DNA from: Eremomyces bilateralis CBS 781.70
Taxonomy: Eukaryota
Reading direction: 5' to 3' (one strand)
Assembly: GCA_010015585.1 (NCBI GenBank)
Contig: ML975152.1
Length of the DNA: 64,000 bases
The first letter of the stretch is position 1. Each line of letters starts with the position of its first letter. The notes under the pieces are model-generated. The model made no database searches and was not told the origin of the DNA. It worked only from the letters and a program-made list of their open reading frames with translations. Shown one piece after another: positions 1-12,590 of this stretch. The translations under genes and the position numbers were made by a program.

Positions 1-705
1 ATGGCCCAATCAAACACCCCAGGCGGCGCGTCTGATCTCCCCCCGCCGCGAAACACCTCCCGCCGCGCTCGCATCGAAGACATTGAAGAGCTCATGATGA
101 TGGAAGCCATCCGCCTCTCACTTCAAGCCGAAGAAGAGCGCAAGAAGAAAGAAGAGAAAGAGCGCGAGAAAGACGCCAAGAAAGAAGAGAAGCGACGCAA
201 GAAGGAGGAGAAGAAATCCCGCAAATCCTCCGGCGGTTCCTCCTCCTCTGTGAACCTATATGCCACCCCCGTCCACAACGCCAGCACCGCCTCCGACCTC
301 GCCTCGGCCCCCTCCGCCCCCTCCGCCTCGGGAACCACCATCCCCAGCGCCACGCTTCCCGGCAAGGGAAAGGCGCCCGTCGGAGGCGATCCATCGCGAA
401 GCATCAGCGTCGAGAGCGCCACGTCCTCTTCGGCCCACGACCTCGCCGCGTTGTCCAGCGGCCCGCAAGCGCATCTAGAGCAGTCGCGCGCGACGCTTGC
501 TGCGCACAACCACCTCGGCGACGTCCATATCCCGCAGCCGAGCTTGCTAGCGTCGCATCAGGGGATGTTAGAGGGTGCAGAGGCGGATGCGCGTGGTGAG
601 GAGGTGGGAGATGAGGCGGAGGGAAGGGTGGAAGGGGAGGGGAGGGGAGAAGATGGTGCTGTGGGAGAGGGGAATGGGGAGGAGGTGAAGACATCGATGG
701 TGTAG
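1..705 (+). CDS. SIP5: 3' portion of Sip5-like protein (Snf1/Glc7-Reg1-interacting), truncated by window start
   Basis: [26 protein letters not shown] followed by a K/E-rich coil resembles the conserved C-terminal block of filamentous fungal Sip5; stop TAG at 703-705. Confidence 0.7.
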   Translation: MAQSNTPGGASDLPPPRNTSRRARIEDIEELMMMEAIRLSLQAEEERKKKEEKEREKDAKKEEKRRKKEEKKSRKSSGGSSSSVNLYATPVHNASTASDLASAPSAPSASGTTIPSATLPGKGKAPVGGDPSRSISVESATSSSAHDLAALSSGPQAHLEQSRATLAAHNHLGDVHIPQPSLLASHQGMLEGAEADARGEEVGDEAEGRVEGEGRGEDGAVGEGNGEEVKTSMV

Positions 706-1104
706 GGTTTGGATGCAAGGCGATCCTTCGTAGTCGCCAAGGGACATGTCAGGCCGACTTTCCAATTAGGCTGCATTGCTGGGTGGGTTCGTTTTTAGAT
801 GTGTTATATGATCGGAGTCGGGCATTCTCATTGCCGCGAAGGAGGCTTCATTATGTGTTACGGAGCATACGAAATCAACGGTATAGACCAGGTGTCTCAT
901 CACTAAATCAGATATAGACAAGGCGTTTATTTCCCATGGGCGAAAACCCGGTCGCCGATCTTGTCGTCCCCGAGTGATCGATGGATCTATACCGTCCAAA
1001 TCCACAATGATACTAACTAGACTCCCATTCTCAGACTCCGAAACCCGCCAAATCCCTCAACGCCCGGCTTTCCAAGACATAGGATACTTGCATTCAGAAG
1101 GCCA

Positions 1105-3372
1105 TTACCGCTCCCCCATCCTCCCACTCCCCATCCTCTCCAACTGACTCATCATCCGACTCTTCCCGCCACTCACACTCCTCACCAACCCAGGCGCCGC
1201 CGTCGCCACCGGCGCTGCGGGCACCCCAATCCTCCCAATCCTCGATTTTTCCCCTCCCTGCCCCTTGGCCCCAAATCCAGGTCCCCTCAACCCACTCGGC
1301 CGCGCAATACTCTTCCGAAAATCCTCCACGGCCTCGACGGGCCCGACCTCGGTCTGCAGCGCCAACAACTCGTCGACGGCGGCAACCAGCTCGCCTTTCT
1401 CAATGCGTTCCTGCTCGAGGTCCGCATGCAGCGCGTCCTGCGCGGTGCGCAAGGTGCGCAGCTCCTGGGTGAGGCCTGCGAGGCTGGCGCGGGTGGCTTC
1501 GAGTTCAGTTTGCTGGGACTCGAGACGGGAGAGGTCGGCAGCGCGGAGGGAGGCGAGCTCGGAGGCGGGGATGGCGCCGGAGGGTAGGGCGATGGGGCCG
1601 GAGAGGGTGGCGTCTTTGGAGGATTGGAGGTCTTCGACTTGGTGGGTGAGGTGGGCGACTTGCTGGTGGAGGTCGTCGGTGAGCTTCTTGGATTTTTCCT
1701 CGAAGCCTTTCTTAAGGCCAGCGACTTTGGTAATGTGTTTCTTTTTGTAAATCGCGTGTAGCTCGGCGGAGAGCGCGTGGACCTTCTCGTCGATCTGCCG
1801 CTGCACCTGCTCTGCGGTAAACAGGCCTTTTTCTCCTCCCTCCTTATTCCCTTCTACCGGCGCCACGACCGTCACTTTCTTCGCCGCCTCCACCGCACGC
1901 TGCTCTGCCTCCGTTGCTCGTGTCTCTGCTTCCTCCACTCGCTTCTCTATCTCTTCCCGCTCCTTCTCCGCTTTCATCACCTCATCCCGCACGCTCCGCA
2001 GCACGCTCTCCACCTCCTCACGCTTCCGCTCCCACGCCTCCTTCTCCTGTTCGACGTGCTCACGCGCCCCTCGCTCGTCCCGCAGCGACTCGGCGGCTTC
2101 GCCGACACGGCGCTCCGCGTCGGCCACCGCGCGTTTGAGCGAGGAGACTTCGGCGTCACGGCCAGAGAGTGAGGCGGTGAGGCTGCTGATTTGGGATTGG
2201 TAGGTGGATTTGAGGGATTCGAGCTCACGGACGGTGATAGTAGGGATGGAGCGTGGGGTGGGTGCGGGGGGTAACTCGAAGTCCAGGAGGTTCAGAAGCG
2301 TCGATTTACTAGGAGTGGCGTTTGGTGGTGCTACGGAGGGTTTCTGGGGGGAGCGCTGCTGGTTGATGTATGAGAGGAGATGGGGCTCGGTCTTAGTTGG
2401 TGAGCCGTGTCCGGTGGGAGTGCGCATGGAGCTTTTGGAGAAGGCTTCGAATTGTTGAGTGAAGTCGAGAAGAAGGTTGGTGGTATCTTCGGAGGAGACG
2501 TGCATGGAGATGTCCCGTTGGCGGGGGGTGGGCGAAGGGGAGCTGAGATCTGAAGGGCGGGTACGGCGAGAAGTGCTCGGCGTCATGAAGTTGAGAGCAC
2601 GAGGAGTCTGAGTCTGAGTCTGTATCAGTATAGTGAATTGGGTCATGCTCTAGAAAGTTCTTACCTGGATGGAGAATGTCTTCGTAGGGCTTTGGCCTAG
2701 TTTAGCGAAAGCAGTCATGTCCGTGTTCGGGATTTCCGAGAACATGCTGAAGCAGGTATCGTCTATGGCAGGATCTTCATTCTCGTCCGGCAGCGTCATG
2801 TCAATATCGTTAGATATGACAATGGTTTCTTGACGCTTAGTCTCACGGCTAAACGATGAACTAGTCGTGACTGAGCTGCGTTGGGAAGAATCGGAATGGA
2901 TCTCAAACTGGTCCAGTTGGCGCTTTTTGGGCGATGACCGCCGTGACGATGGAACAACCGTATCGACTGTATCTATCGCGGCAGATCTTTGCATTTCTTC
3001 CAGCAGTTGATCACCGGGCTGCTTTTCCGGGGATGTCACCGTCGGCGTAGTAGACAGCTTCTGAGTCGGTTCGTCGCTCCAGTCAATGATATCTTCGTCC
3101 TGGAGGTCTGGAGCCGTCTTGATCGGGGAAGGATTCTTCGACTGAGGTTTTGTCGGGTTCAGTTCGAAGAGCAGGTTGAGAGTATTCGGATCTCGATTTT
3201 CCTGCTCGATCTCTGAGACGAATGGTGATGAAGCTGGAGTCTTCCAATCCAGGAACGTCTCCTCTCCAGGCTCTTGGTGAGACTTTTGGGGCGTGGAGGT
3301 CATGGTGGAGTCTAAGATGAAGAGTCGAGAATTGAGATGACTTTGCGAACTCGGAGAAAGAGGAGTCGCCAT
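1105..3372 (-). CDS. Coiled-coil protein with Slk19-type central kinetochore-associated domain; 2 exons
   Basis: ORFs 2650-3483 and 1105-2646 are in the same frame, joined by a 45-bp GTAAG...CAG intron (2620-2664); ATG at 3372; motif ELHAIYKKKHITKVAGLKKGFE resembles Kinetocho_Slk19. Confidence 0.7.
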
Positions 3373-3776
3373 GGCAATTGAAATAATAGGAGCCGTTTGT
3401 GCTGATGCTCTGCAGGCTTGTGATACGCAAATTGTCGATGGATCCCTTGTGAGGAGATGTTTGGTGTTTGTAAACAATGGCACGTGACCTGGCCGTTGCT
3501 ATTGACGCTCGGACCAACTGACATTCAACTTTCATTTTGAGCACTGATATAAATCCTGTCGACTCTCAAATTTCACAGCATTACAGATTCCTAAGAGTTT
3601 AGCATTGTACGGATTATGGAGTCAATACCTCGAATGTATTTATTCATTCGTGCCACGATATTCAGCTTTCCCGAAGTTCGATGGATGCCAGACCGCAGAC
3701 ATTCCCGGAGACATTCCCTCTGAGATTGAGGCTGGAGCAAAGACGCCAACCGTTGGACAGGGGGTTCCGCCAACAT

Positions 3777-4072
3777 TAGGGGTGTGTAATGTAAGATGTT
3801 GTAAAATAGATTTGCCGGTAATTACGGGTCTTGGCGTAAAATAGATTCTACCTTACCGGGCCCACTTTACATACAAATTGTATAAGATCTTAGCGCAAAT
3901 GGCCTGTTGCGGCTTTGAGTTCAGCCGGCAGTGGAAGATCTTTTTTCCGATAAACCCTAGGCCGTACTAGGTTTAGCGCATAATACGTATTTTACGATAA
4001 AATTGGCTACTTTTCATTACTGGAGGCTATGTTACGGTAACATGCTCATAATACCCATTTTACACACCCCTA
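3777..4072. mobile_element. Non-autonomous hAT-type MITE, 296 bp
   Basis: 13-bp terminal inverted repeats TAGGGGTGTGTAA / TTACACACCCCTA flanked by an exact 8-bp direct repeat GCCAACAT (3769-3776 and 4073-4080); AT-rich interior without an ORF. Confidence 0.85.
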
Positions 4073-4873
4073 GCCAACATTCCCTCCATTTTGATACATC
4101 TAACTTAACTCGGTTAACTAGTTAGTTACTCCGATTCCTGACTTAGTTCCCGGCAGCAAAAGCGTAGTGAAACGGCAGTCATTATTGGTCATTCGAGCCA
4201 CAGTGCTCGATAGTCGATTGATTACCGTTGACGCAAGGACTCAAATGAGGCCTGTTCGCATCGTGTTTTGCTTCAGGCCTTCAGCCTCACAGTTATGCAA
4301 GTCAGCAAGTGTGACTCTGAGAGACGGGATCCTGGAGGCTGGAAGGGCTCAGTCTTACCTGGATAGAACATCATCCCAGTTTCCAAGCCCAAAGGTGGTT
4401 GAAATGCTCCGAGCTGCCCCGTTTGTCATTCCGTAGTCCTGTCTGTCATACGTGATGGAGCCCCTATCCACAGCGGCTATTCACCTTGCCTTTTCAACTT
4501 CTCTACTACTGCCAGGATGGGGACAGCATGATGTTGAAATGGCTGCACCGATGAATTCGGTATTCCCAGCATCCGTTGACACTACGTCTCGAAACTAGGA
4601 CAGATCAGAGGCTCGTTTTAAATGAGCGTCAGAATCCCACACGCCAAAACACGGCCTACGCCTTCTTCTCCCTAGGTACCTGGCGTGCTGGGCATGGCTT
4701 TGGCGATGCACCAGGTTAGACGAATCGAACGCTTAGATCAGATGTCAGACCACTAAAGCAAGTGGCGCATATATGTCACACATTTTGAGTCAAGCGCCCC
4801 ATTTCCACAGTTTTGTTCAGTTGTTCAGCTCGATTGATACTCCAGCTGACCTCGCTTTCTCTCCGAAGATAAC

Positions 4874-4880
4874 TATATAA
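4874..4880 (+). promoter_or_regulatory. TATA box upstream of calpain gene
   Basis: TATATAA about 250 bp upstream of ATG 5128. Confidence 0.4.
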
Positions 4881-5127
4881 GGTATTGCTGGTTTCAAGGT
4901 GAATCCACCTAGTAGTGTTCGTTGTAAAGCATTGAATAGCTGGGCACAGCAAATCACAGTGGTGAAGAGAGTTCAGGCTGATATTTGCATCAAATTCAGT
5001 TATTTAGCTTCTGCATTATTGCAATTGTTCTTCCTAGTCAACTTCGTTCGATCTCCAAGTTCATACATTTTTGCTTTCTGCCGATAAAATTCCAGATTGG
5101 TCTTAGATTGCCGCAGTCACCGACACA

Positions 5128-7653
5128 ATGGCAGATGAACAGCCACGCCATAAGTACCCTCGAATGCCGCCACAAGAGGCAATAACCTTGTTTTGGTCCA
5201 GATTCCTTTCGCAGACACCATCCACAGCACACTGCATTTTCCCTCCTACCCTATATGCCGACCTACTACCGCCCGAGACATCGCCATATGGGGCATCGTC
5301 CAGTCGAAATGCCGTGGAGAGCTATGAAGAAGCAGCCGCAGCATGCAGAGCGCGCGTGAGAAGCATAGTCCGAGAATGCGAACGCACCAACGAGAAGTTC
5401 ACCGATGCCGAGTTTGACATCGAGGACGACTTTGCTGAGGCGCGCCACAACTACCTTTATGGTCTGCTTCATAACCCTGAATTCAATGGCGGGAAAGCCG
5501 AAACTGAAGAGACGAAGGTCGCCTCCACTTCCTTGGAGAGGGGCCTGTCCTCTCGACTGGGAACTGGAATCCTTGGGTCCAATCCTACTCTTGGGCCTCG
5601 AGACGTAAAGGCGTCGCGAAAGGGCCTCGTCCGAGAATCGGACTCTCTAGACAAACCAGAGAGCGTCCACAGGATCGATTACATATTTGAGAAACCGCAG
5701 TTCAAGCGCGGAGAATTCTCCAATATGGATGTCCAACAAGGCCGCCTGGGTGACTGTTGGTGGCTTGCTGCAGTCGCCACTCTCTGTGTCAACGGACTCA
5801 TCGACAAGGTTTTCATTGAGCACGACGAGGAATGCGGTGTTTACGGCTTTGTATTTTACAAAGACGGCGAGTGGATCTGGACAGTGGTGGATGACAATCT
5901 TTACCTCAGCCACGCCGACTATTCGTCAAATGATTACGATGCCGGTGGGAAGCTAGAGAAGCGGTACAAGAACTGGCTCCAGACTGGCTCGGAGGCATTG
6001 AAATTTGCCAAATCTGTGGATGAGAATGTTACATGGCTTCCGTTGCTAGAGAAAGCTTATGCGAAGGTCCATGGAGACTACGAGGCAATCGATGGTGGAT
6101 GTTGTGGCGAAGGCGTTGAAGACCTGACTGGGGGTGTTACTACCTTCATTTTCACCAGCAAAATTCTTCGAAAAGAGCGACTCTGGAAGGAAATGCTCAA
6201 TCCGAACAAGGAGTTCGTCTTCACCGTGTCGTCCTCGAGTCCAACCCCGGAACAGGACCATTCAAGAGGAATACCAACCTGCCACGGTTATTCCATCCTA
6301 CGCGCAACGGAAGAAACGTCCGACGATGGCGAAGTGTTCCGTCTCGTCAAAGTCCGCAACCCGTGGGGCCATCGAAGCCATGACGGGAGCGGCGAGTGGG
6401 ATGGCGCATGGAGCGATGGTTCCAAAGAATGGAACTTGCACTGGATGCAAAAGCTCGAGCATGAGTTTAAAGACGACGGGATTTTCTGGATTTCGTACGA
6501 AGACCTTTTGAAGCGATTCAGAGCGATCGAGCGCACCCGCATCTTCGGAAAGGAGTGGCACGTCACGCAGAAGTGGACATCAGTCAGCGTGTCGTGGATG
6601 ACCGGATTCCTCAAAACAAAGTACGAAATCACGATCGAGGAAGCTGGGCCGGTGGTAATCGTCCTTTCACGACCCGATTCCCGATACTACAAATCACTGG
6701 GGGGTCAATACAAGTTCGGACTTCAATTCATCCTCAAAAACGTTGACAGTCAAGAGCAGTTGGTCCATGTACGCACGGTAGACGACGAATTCCGATCTGT
6801 GAGTGTTGAGCTTCAACTCGAGCCAGGTACCTACGAAGTCATCCCTTGCATCGCTGCTGCAAAGGTATCTGATTATATGGCTGTTGAAGACGTGGTCAGG
6901 AAGTATGCGGGGAAAAATCCATCCAAATTGAGGCAGCTAGGGATCAATCACGACGTAGCTTACGCAAAGGGCCTGAACCAAGCGCAGGTCTCGGAGGCTT
7001 TGGGTCTCAGAGCTGAAGAGGCGACATTGACGAAAGAAGGCGCAACGACTGACAATACCAAGGAAAAACCGGTCCGCAAAGTGAACCTCGAAAATTCGAT
7101 GACGGCCGACATTGCCCGAAGGCCCAAAGTCACAGTTGACGAGAAAGAGACTAATTCTGCCTCCGAGAAACATGGCAGTGCAAGCTCAGCGAGCCGAAAG
7201 AATGGCACGAAATCGGGCGATTCAGAGGCGAAAGTCAAAGCCGGATGCACTGATTCTCGTTCGCATTCGTTCCCCACTCAAAAGGGCAGCTCAACCCGAA
7301 TATCTTCCATGGAAGTCTCAAAGGGCCCTACAGTTGCTAAGAAATTCGTAAAGACGATGGAAAGACAGAGTGGAGCTAATGATCAAGGCGACAAAGCGGA
7401 TCCTACAGTAAATGAGGATGCAGAGGAACCGGTTGGTGACGCAGAGGAACCAGCTAGTGATGCAGAGAAACCGGCTGGCGATGCAGAGAAACCGGCTGGT
7501 GATGATGAGTTTGAGGAGCCATGGAATGCAGTCTGTGTGATCGGATTGAGAGTCCATACTAAGAACTCGGAGAGCACGGTGAAGGTTATTGCTCACAAAG
7601 GCAGTGGTGACGTTGCAACTGGTCAGAACCCTGACGCCAAGTTGGTGGTTTGA
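5128..7653 (+). CDS. Calpain-family (CysPc) cysteine protease, intronless
   Basis: 841-aa ORF with catalytic motifs QQGRLGDCWWL (Cys), CHGYS (His), RNPWG (Asn) and LLEKAYAKVHGDY. Confidence 0.93.
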   Translation: MADEQPRHKYPRMPPQEAITLFWSRFLSQTPSTAHCIFPPTLYADLLPPETSPYGASSSRNAVESYEEAAAACRARVRSIVRECERTNEKFTDAEFDIEDDFAEARHNYLYGLLHNPEFNGGKAETEETKVASTSLERGLSSRLGTGILGSNPTLGPRDVKASRKGLVRESDSLDKPESVHRIDYIFEKPQFKRGEFSNMDVQQGRLGDCWWLAAVATLCVNGLIDKVFIEHDEECGVYGFVFYKDGEWIWTVVDDNLYLSHADYSSNDYDAGGKLEKRYKNWLQTGSEALKFAKSVDENVTWLPLLEKAYAKVHGDYEAIDGGCCGEGVEDLTGGVTTFIFTSKILRKERLWKEMLNPNKEFVFTVSSSSPTPEQDHSRGIPTCHGYSILRATEETSDDGEVFRLVKVRNPWGHRSHDGSGEWDGAWSDGSKEWNLHWMQKLEHEFKDDGIFWISYEDLLKRFRAIERTRIFGKEWHVTQKWTSVSVSWMTGFLKTKYEITIEEAGPVVIVLSRPDSRYYKSLGGQYKFGLQFILKNVDSQEQLVHVRTVDDEFRSVSVELQLEPGTYEVIPCIAAAKVSDYMAVEDVVRKYAGKNPSKLRQLGINHDVAYAKGLNQAQVSEALGLRAEEATLTKEGATTDNTKEKPVRKVNLENSMTADIARRPKVTVDEKETNSASEKHGSASSASRKNGTKSGDSEAKVKAGCTDSRSHSFPTQKGSSTRISSMEVSKGPTVAKKFVKTMERQSGANDQGDKADPTVNEDAEEPVGDAEEPASDAEKPAGDAEKPAGDDEFEEPWNAVCVIGLRVHTKNSESTVKVIAHKGSGDVATGQNPDAKLVV
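7417..7500 (+). repeat. 4 x 21-bp coding minisatellite (DAEEPVG/DAEEPAS/DAEKPAG/DAEKPAG)
   Basis: Units of the form GA(T/C)GCAGAG(G/A)AACC(G/A)G..(G/A)G(T/C) read directly from the sequence. Confidence 0.9.
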
Positions 7654-7838
7654 GTGACGACAAGCCACAGAGTGGTTTGCTCATGGCGGAACAGCGTTTA
7701 TCTTCATTTATGCACAGCAGATGGCGTCGTTTGACATCTCTACTCAGATACAGTTCCTGCTACTCAGGTCTCAATATCAATTAACTCTTCTCATGTACGA
7801 CGTTTCTGTCCTTCGTCATAAACGTGCTTCGAGTCCAC

Positions 7839-8925
7839 CTACGCACCGACTGCCTTCAGGGACTTGACTGTGTCCACCACGCTCTCCTCCAGCGATCGGA
7901 ACTTAACCCCGAGAATCTCCCTCACACGGCTATTATCATACTGATAAATCCCTTCTGCGGGGTAGTCTCCCTGGCCCTTCGCCTCCGGTGCCGGCAGCTG
8001 ATCCTTATACTCCGGGAAGTTCTTCCGGATGACCTCGACGATCTCCTTGTTCGAGAAGTGCCCAGCCGTGGTGAAGAACCGACCGGGCTTCTTGCCCGCC
8101 TCCGCTACTTCCAGGGCTTGGACGTGCGCGGTGGCGACGTCTCGGACATCAACCCAGAAGAACACCCCCGAGTACGGAATCTCGTCTTTGGCTTGGCCTT
8201 GGATGAAATTGAGGATGCGCTGGTTGGACGTGTTGGTGGCGGCGAGAGAGTTCATCCATGGTGCAACGGGCCCGAGAACAGCCGGCGGGTTGATCGTTAC
8301 GATGTCGAAGTTCGGCTTCTCGTTCTCCAGGAACGCCCAAGCTGCCTTTTCGGCAAATGTTTTTGAGGCGGTGTAGCCTGGTGTGGGGTTAGATAGCGCC
8401 TCTTCCAGGGTCAATGGACACCAGTCCGCTTCAGAGTAGGTATGCTCCGGCCAAGCGCCCTTTGAGCGGTCGATGAGCGATGCAAAAGATGATGTTATGA
8501 CAATCCTCTTGACCGTCGGAGCATACGCCTTGACGGACTTCAGGATTCCGGTGGTTCCCTTGATGGCAGGATCCAAGAGCTCCTTCTGGACGTCCGTAAC
8601 ATCGTAGTGGAACGGACTGGCCGTGTGAAACACCGCCTCAAATGGCGGATCTGATTTCACGGCTGTGTCGAACGCATTTTCGGCGGCAATATCTTCAACA
8701 ATGACATAATCTAGCTTGTCCTTGCCGTACTTGGCATGCTCTTTAAGGATTTTCTCGCCTTTCTCCGAGCTACGCACTGTGGTGACAATTGAGTATCTAT
8801 TCGCATGTCAGTACGAAGTAGTTGTAAAACAATGGCATACATCAGGCATACCCCTTCTCAAGAAGTTGGTCTAGCAAATAGGCAGCGATAAACCCGCTTC
8901 CGCCAGTTAGCAAAACTCGAGCCAT
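7839..8925 (-). CDS. NADPH-dependent ketoreductase / methylglyoxal reductase (GRE2-like extended SDR); 2 exons
   Basis: Exon 1 MARVLLTGGSGFIA (Rossmann), intron 8797-8851, then HTASPF, TSSFAS, YTASK catalytic motif and VDVRDVA. Confidence 0.9.
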
Positions 8926-9512
8926 GTTGAATTTCTGGGTCGCCAAAGCGTGTGATGGTATTGCTAAATGTTTGAGGGTATGGGTTCTGCGGCTTGGTAT
9001 TTAAAGGAATATAGGCTTTTGTTAATAGAACTTAAATTGAGGAAGTACCATCTATTTATTGTTTGAATCGTGTTCAATGGCGCAATCGGATACTGATACG
9101 GGTACGTTCGTACGAAATGCGGATCGAAGTGTTCCTCTAGCGGTCACGTCACTCATCCTCATTCCAGTGCGGGGAATGGCGATAACCGCTATTAAGTCCA
9201 TTATCGCCGCCCAGCGCTGCTAACTACTATCAGTCTTCTCGATGCCATCATTGCAAATTCCGCTCCATGAACTAAATATCTGGCGATACATGGATAGCTG
9301 TAGCAATCGAGTCACATTTGTTATGGAATTACTACCAGCTTTAACTCCATTCAAGTCCGACATAAGGTTGGGTCTCAAGCCATAGGAGGTGGGACATTGT
9401 CCCAGCTTAGATTTCGCTCTATGGTCAATTCTTCCTGGGCTCAGGGCTAGAGACTTGCGCCGAATGGATTAACAACGGTGCTTCCCCGATTGATGGTCCC
9501 GCATTCATGTCT

Positions 9513-11394
9513 CTACAGCTTCGCTTTTACCGCAGGCGTACCGGCCATCTCCTTTGCCTTTTCAGCAGCCCAGGTTCGCATTGTCATACGCTGTATCTTT
9601 CCGCTTGGTGATTTTGGAATTATATCGACAAAGTAGACACCTCCGGTGAGATGCTTGTGTCTTGCAACCTTTGCGTTCACCCATTCTCGTAGCGCTGTCT
9701 CGGACAATTTTCCCAGCGCTTCTGTCTTTAGGGTAACGTATGCCATGGGCTGCTCTTCGTGTTCTCTGTACCATATTGTTAGCCGATATGTTGCATGGAC
9801 AATGCAGCCGAGGACATGTTTTGTAGGCACTTACCCCTTAAGTCCAACGACAGCCGCATCCGCAACGCCAGGATGTTCAAGCAGTACGGCTTCAAGCTCC
9901 GCTGGAGCAACCTGAAAGCCCTTCACCTTGATCAACTCCTTGATCCGATCAACAATCCAGTACCACCCTCGGTCGTCTCGTACGGCCACATCTCCGGTTC
10001 TCAAGAACCCGTCGGAATCGAATGTCTCGGCATTCGCCGTGGGATTGCGCCAATATCCCATGCACACGTTTGGTCCACGAACCCACACTTCTCCTCTTTC
10101 ACCCATGGCGACTTCGCGCCCCTGGTTATCCAGCAGTTTCACCTCATCATTGGGGTCGATAAGGCCAACACTTCCGCTTCGGTCGTCCAAGTTACCCGGT
10201 ACGTGGAGGGTCGAGCAGGTGAGCTCGGTCATGCCATATGTCTGGACGATCCTCAGGTTGTATTTATCCGATACTTCATTTTGCAGCGTATTTGCTAAGG
10301 GCGCTGCTCCGGACACTATGTTCCGTAACGAGCTGAGATCGAAAGAGTTGCATTCTGGCCGCTTTGCTAGCATAACTATAACAGGAGGTGCTGTCTGCAA
10401 ATGTGTGATTCGGTACTTCTGGATGTTAGACAAGAAGGCCATGAGGTCGAATTTGGACATCATGTAGCACGGTGTCTGCATTCGACAAGCGGCTAGGATT
10501 GTCCAGAGTTGACCATAGGCATGATACAGTGGTAAGAATCCCAACCAGCGTTCATCCTGTTGTCCTGCTGTTGAAGATTCCGGGAGGTTCCGCATGAATA
10601 TCGACTGTTCGACATTGGCTATGAGATTTCGGTGACTAATCATCACACCTTTTGGAAGGCCGGTGGTTCTATCTCTCCGTATCAATAAAGAGTGCCTTGT
10701 TTCCGTGCTAGGAAACAAACTTACCCTGATGAATAGTTCAGGACTGCAACAGTGTCGGCAGAACATTTCCCCGTCAAAGGAGGCCATCGCCATGATTGAG
10801 CTTCTCGTGTGTCTGGCAATGCCGTCTGCCAGTCTAGGAGCCCACTTTGGGAGTCACAAGGCGCATCGGAGAAAAGAAGGATGTTCTTAGTCGGAAATGA
10901 TGCCGCTTGAGCTGCTTCAAGCGCAACGCCTGAGAGGCCAGGCTCGACCAGGATGATTTTGCAGCAGCTATCAGTAATCTGCCTGGCAATCTCTTTTAAT
11001 AGAGCAAGCCCGTATGTTAACACTGAAACACTGACAACAAGAACTGGACAAGTTGGCGTCATGAAAATAAGGTACCTCTTGTGGTGTAGGACGGGTTGCA
11101 TCCACTAAAGATCAACCCAGCGCCAGCGACCCCCAAGTATGCCACGGGGATAAAGATATGGTTATTTGACAGCATAAGCACGAGATCGCCATCTTGAAGT
11201 CCATAGCGCGATCGCAGGCCATGGCCGACTCGCTTACACCAGTAACGGAGCTGCTTTGGCGACAAGGACTTTGAATTGGGGTTGACGGAGTCGATCCATA
11301 GTGGCTTTTCGGAAGGGATGGAGTTTTCCGGAAATAAATAGGAAAGGATGTTCGTCGATGGTATGTCGATGTTATATTGAGATCTTTGAGGCAT
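9513..11394 (-). CDS. 4-coumarate/phenylacetyl-CoA ligase-like AMP-binding enzyme, peroxisomal; about 4 exons
   Basis: Motifs YSSG-TTGLPKGV (split by an intron), YGMTE, LRTGD, DRIKELIKVKGFQVAPAELE, IPKSPSGKI; C-terminal AKL matches PTS1. Confidence 0.9.
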
Positions 11395-12039
11395 GGCTGC
11401 TATCGTCTAATCATGATAATCCTTCTTATATATTATAGGAGAGGACAACACTGGCGGTTAGCACATTCGATCGGAATATCAGAAGGGTCTAAAAGTCATG
11501 GATTTGGTATCGGCCATGGAATACCACTGCTACTGCCACACGAAGAGCTTAAAACGACATCGCGAGTGCGATGCCGACGTCAGAGGTATTCGGTATTGCG
11601 GAACTCCGCATCGCGTCGAGCAATCGGTCTATCCGAGTTACATAGAACCGAGCTTAGGTCCTAGCGGTGGGAGGGGCACACGCGGATCGGTTTAGCAGAG
11701 CCAAAGCATGTTTTAAACATCGCTTGAACATAAACTTGGGTAAAAAAGAAAATGCCAGAATTATACTTACCTTATCTTGCTGTATGTACCTTAACATGTG
11801 CGCTTTTCTGGCTCCGCCAGAAATAGTGAGAGAGAGATTCATACGCCCGTCAGGCCTCTCTGCGAGGCCCATGCGCCAGAAATAGTGAAGGGACAGGAGG
11901 TGAGAAAATGGTTGGATGCATCACGTGGATTTGGTACATACCATAGACGTGCCGTCTGACCAGAGCGACTTTGATGCTTCGACTTCTCATGAGGTCTTTC
12001 CTTTTTCGAACCACCTGGAATCAACTCACTTTGGTCTGG

Positions 12040-12590
12040 GCCTGTTGTATCTTAGACGGGCTGTAAAGATCATTCTCTCGCGTCGCGTGTTTTTCACCAT
12101 CCAGAGCCCACCCATGGAAACCGACTTTCGAACCCAGTTCGTACCCTCCTCGCTTTCATGAATCAAAGTCAATAATTGCCGGAGTATCTCCATCTATCAC
12201 GATGTTTGATGGGTCGAAAATCGTTATGACCAAGTCCCAAATTATGCATATGACTTGTACCAGCCTGAATCCCCTGCAGACAAGCACTCCTGTTAAACGA
12301 CATCCCATCATTTAACATCTGCGAGAGAGTCGTCGGATCTTTGACCGAACCAAGCCTTATGATCCGACCGTCCCGAACAACACTGACTAGGTATTGTGCA
12401 ATATTGGGATGCCGATGCTTTCTCCAAATCTCGCACGCTTCCGCCTCTGTCAAAATCTGACGATGGTGGAATAACAGGACGGAGGAACCTGAATCCATTC
12501 AGGGGCTGGGTTTGAGAGGTCAGATACCACTTGCTGGGAATGATCGCGTTATACCAGTTTCTTATTCTACGTTGGTAGCAAACAGTGGTC
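12040..12590 (-). pseudogene. Degenerate fungal protein-kinase-like gene
   Basis: EAEACEIWRKHRHPNIAQYL...HMHNLGLGHND, then a frameshift to SNIVIDGDTPAIIDFDS followed by an in-frame TGA, then GW...ENDLY. Confidence 0.7.

Noticed and set aside
11763..11775. U1 snRNA-like 5' end ATACTTACCTT
   Set aside because: No U1-70K loop, U1A loop or Sm site follows; better explained as a minus-strand splice donor-like sequence
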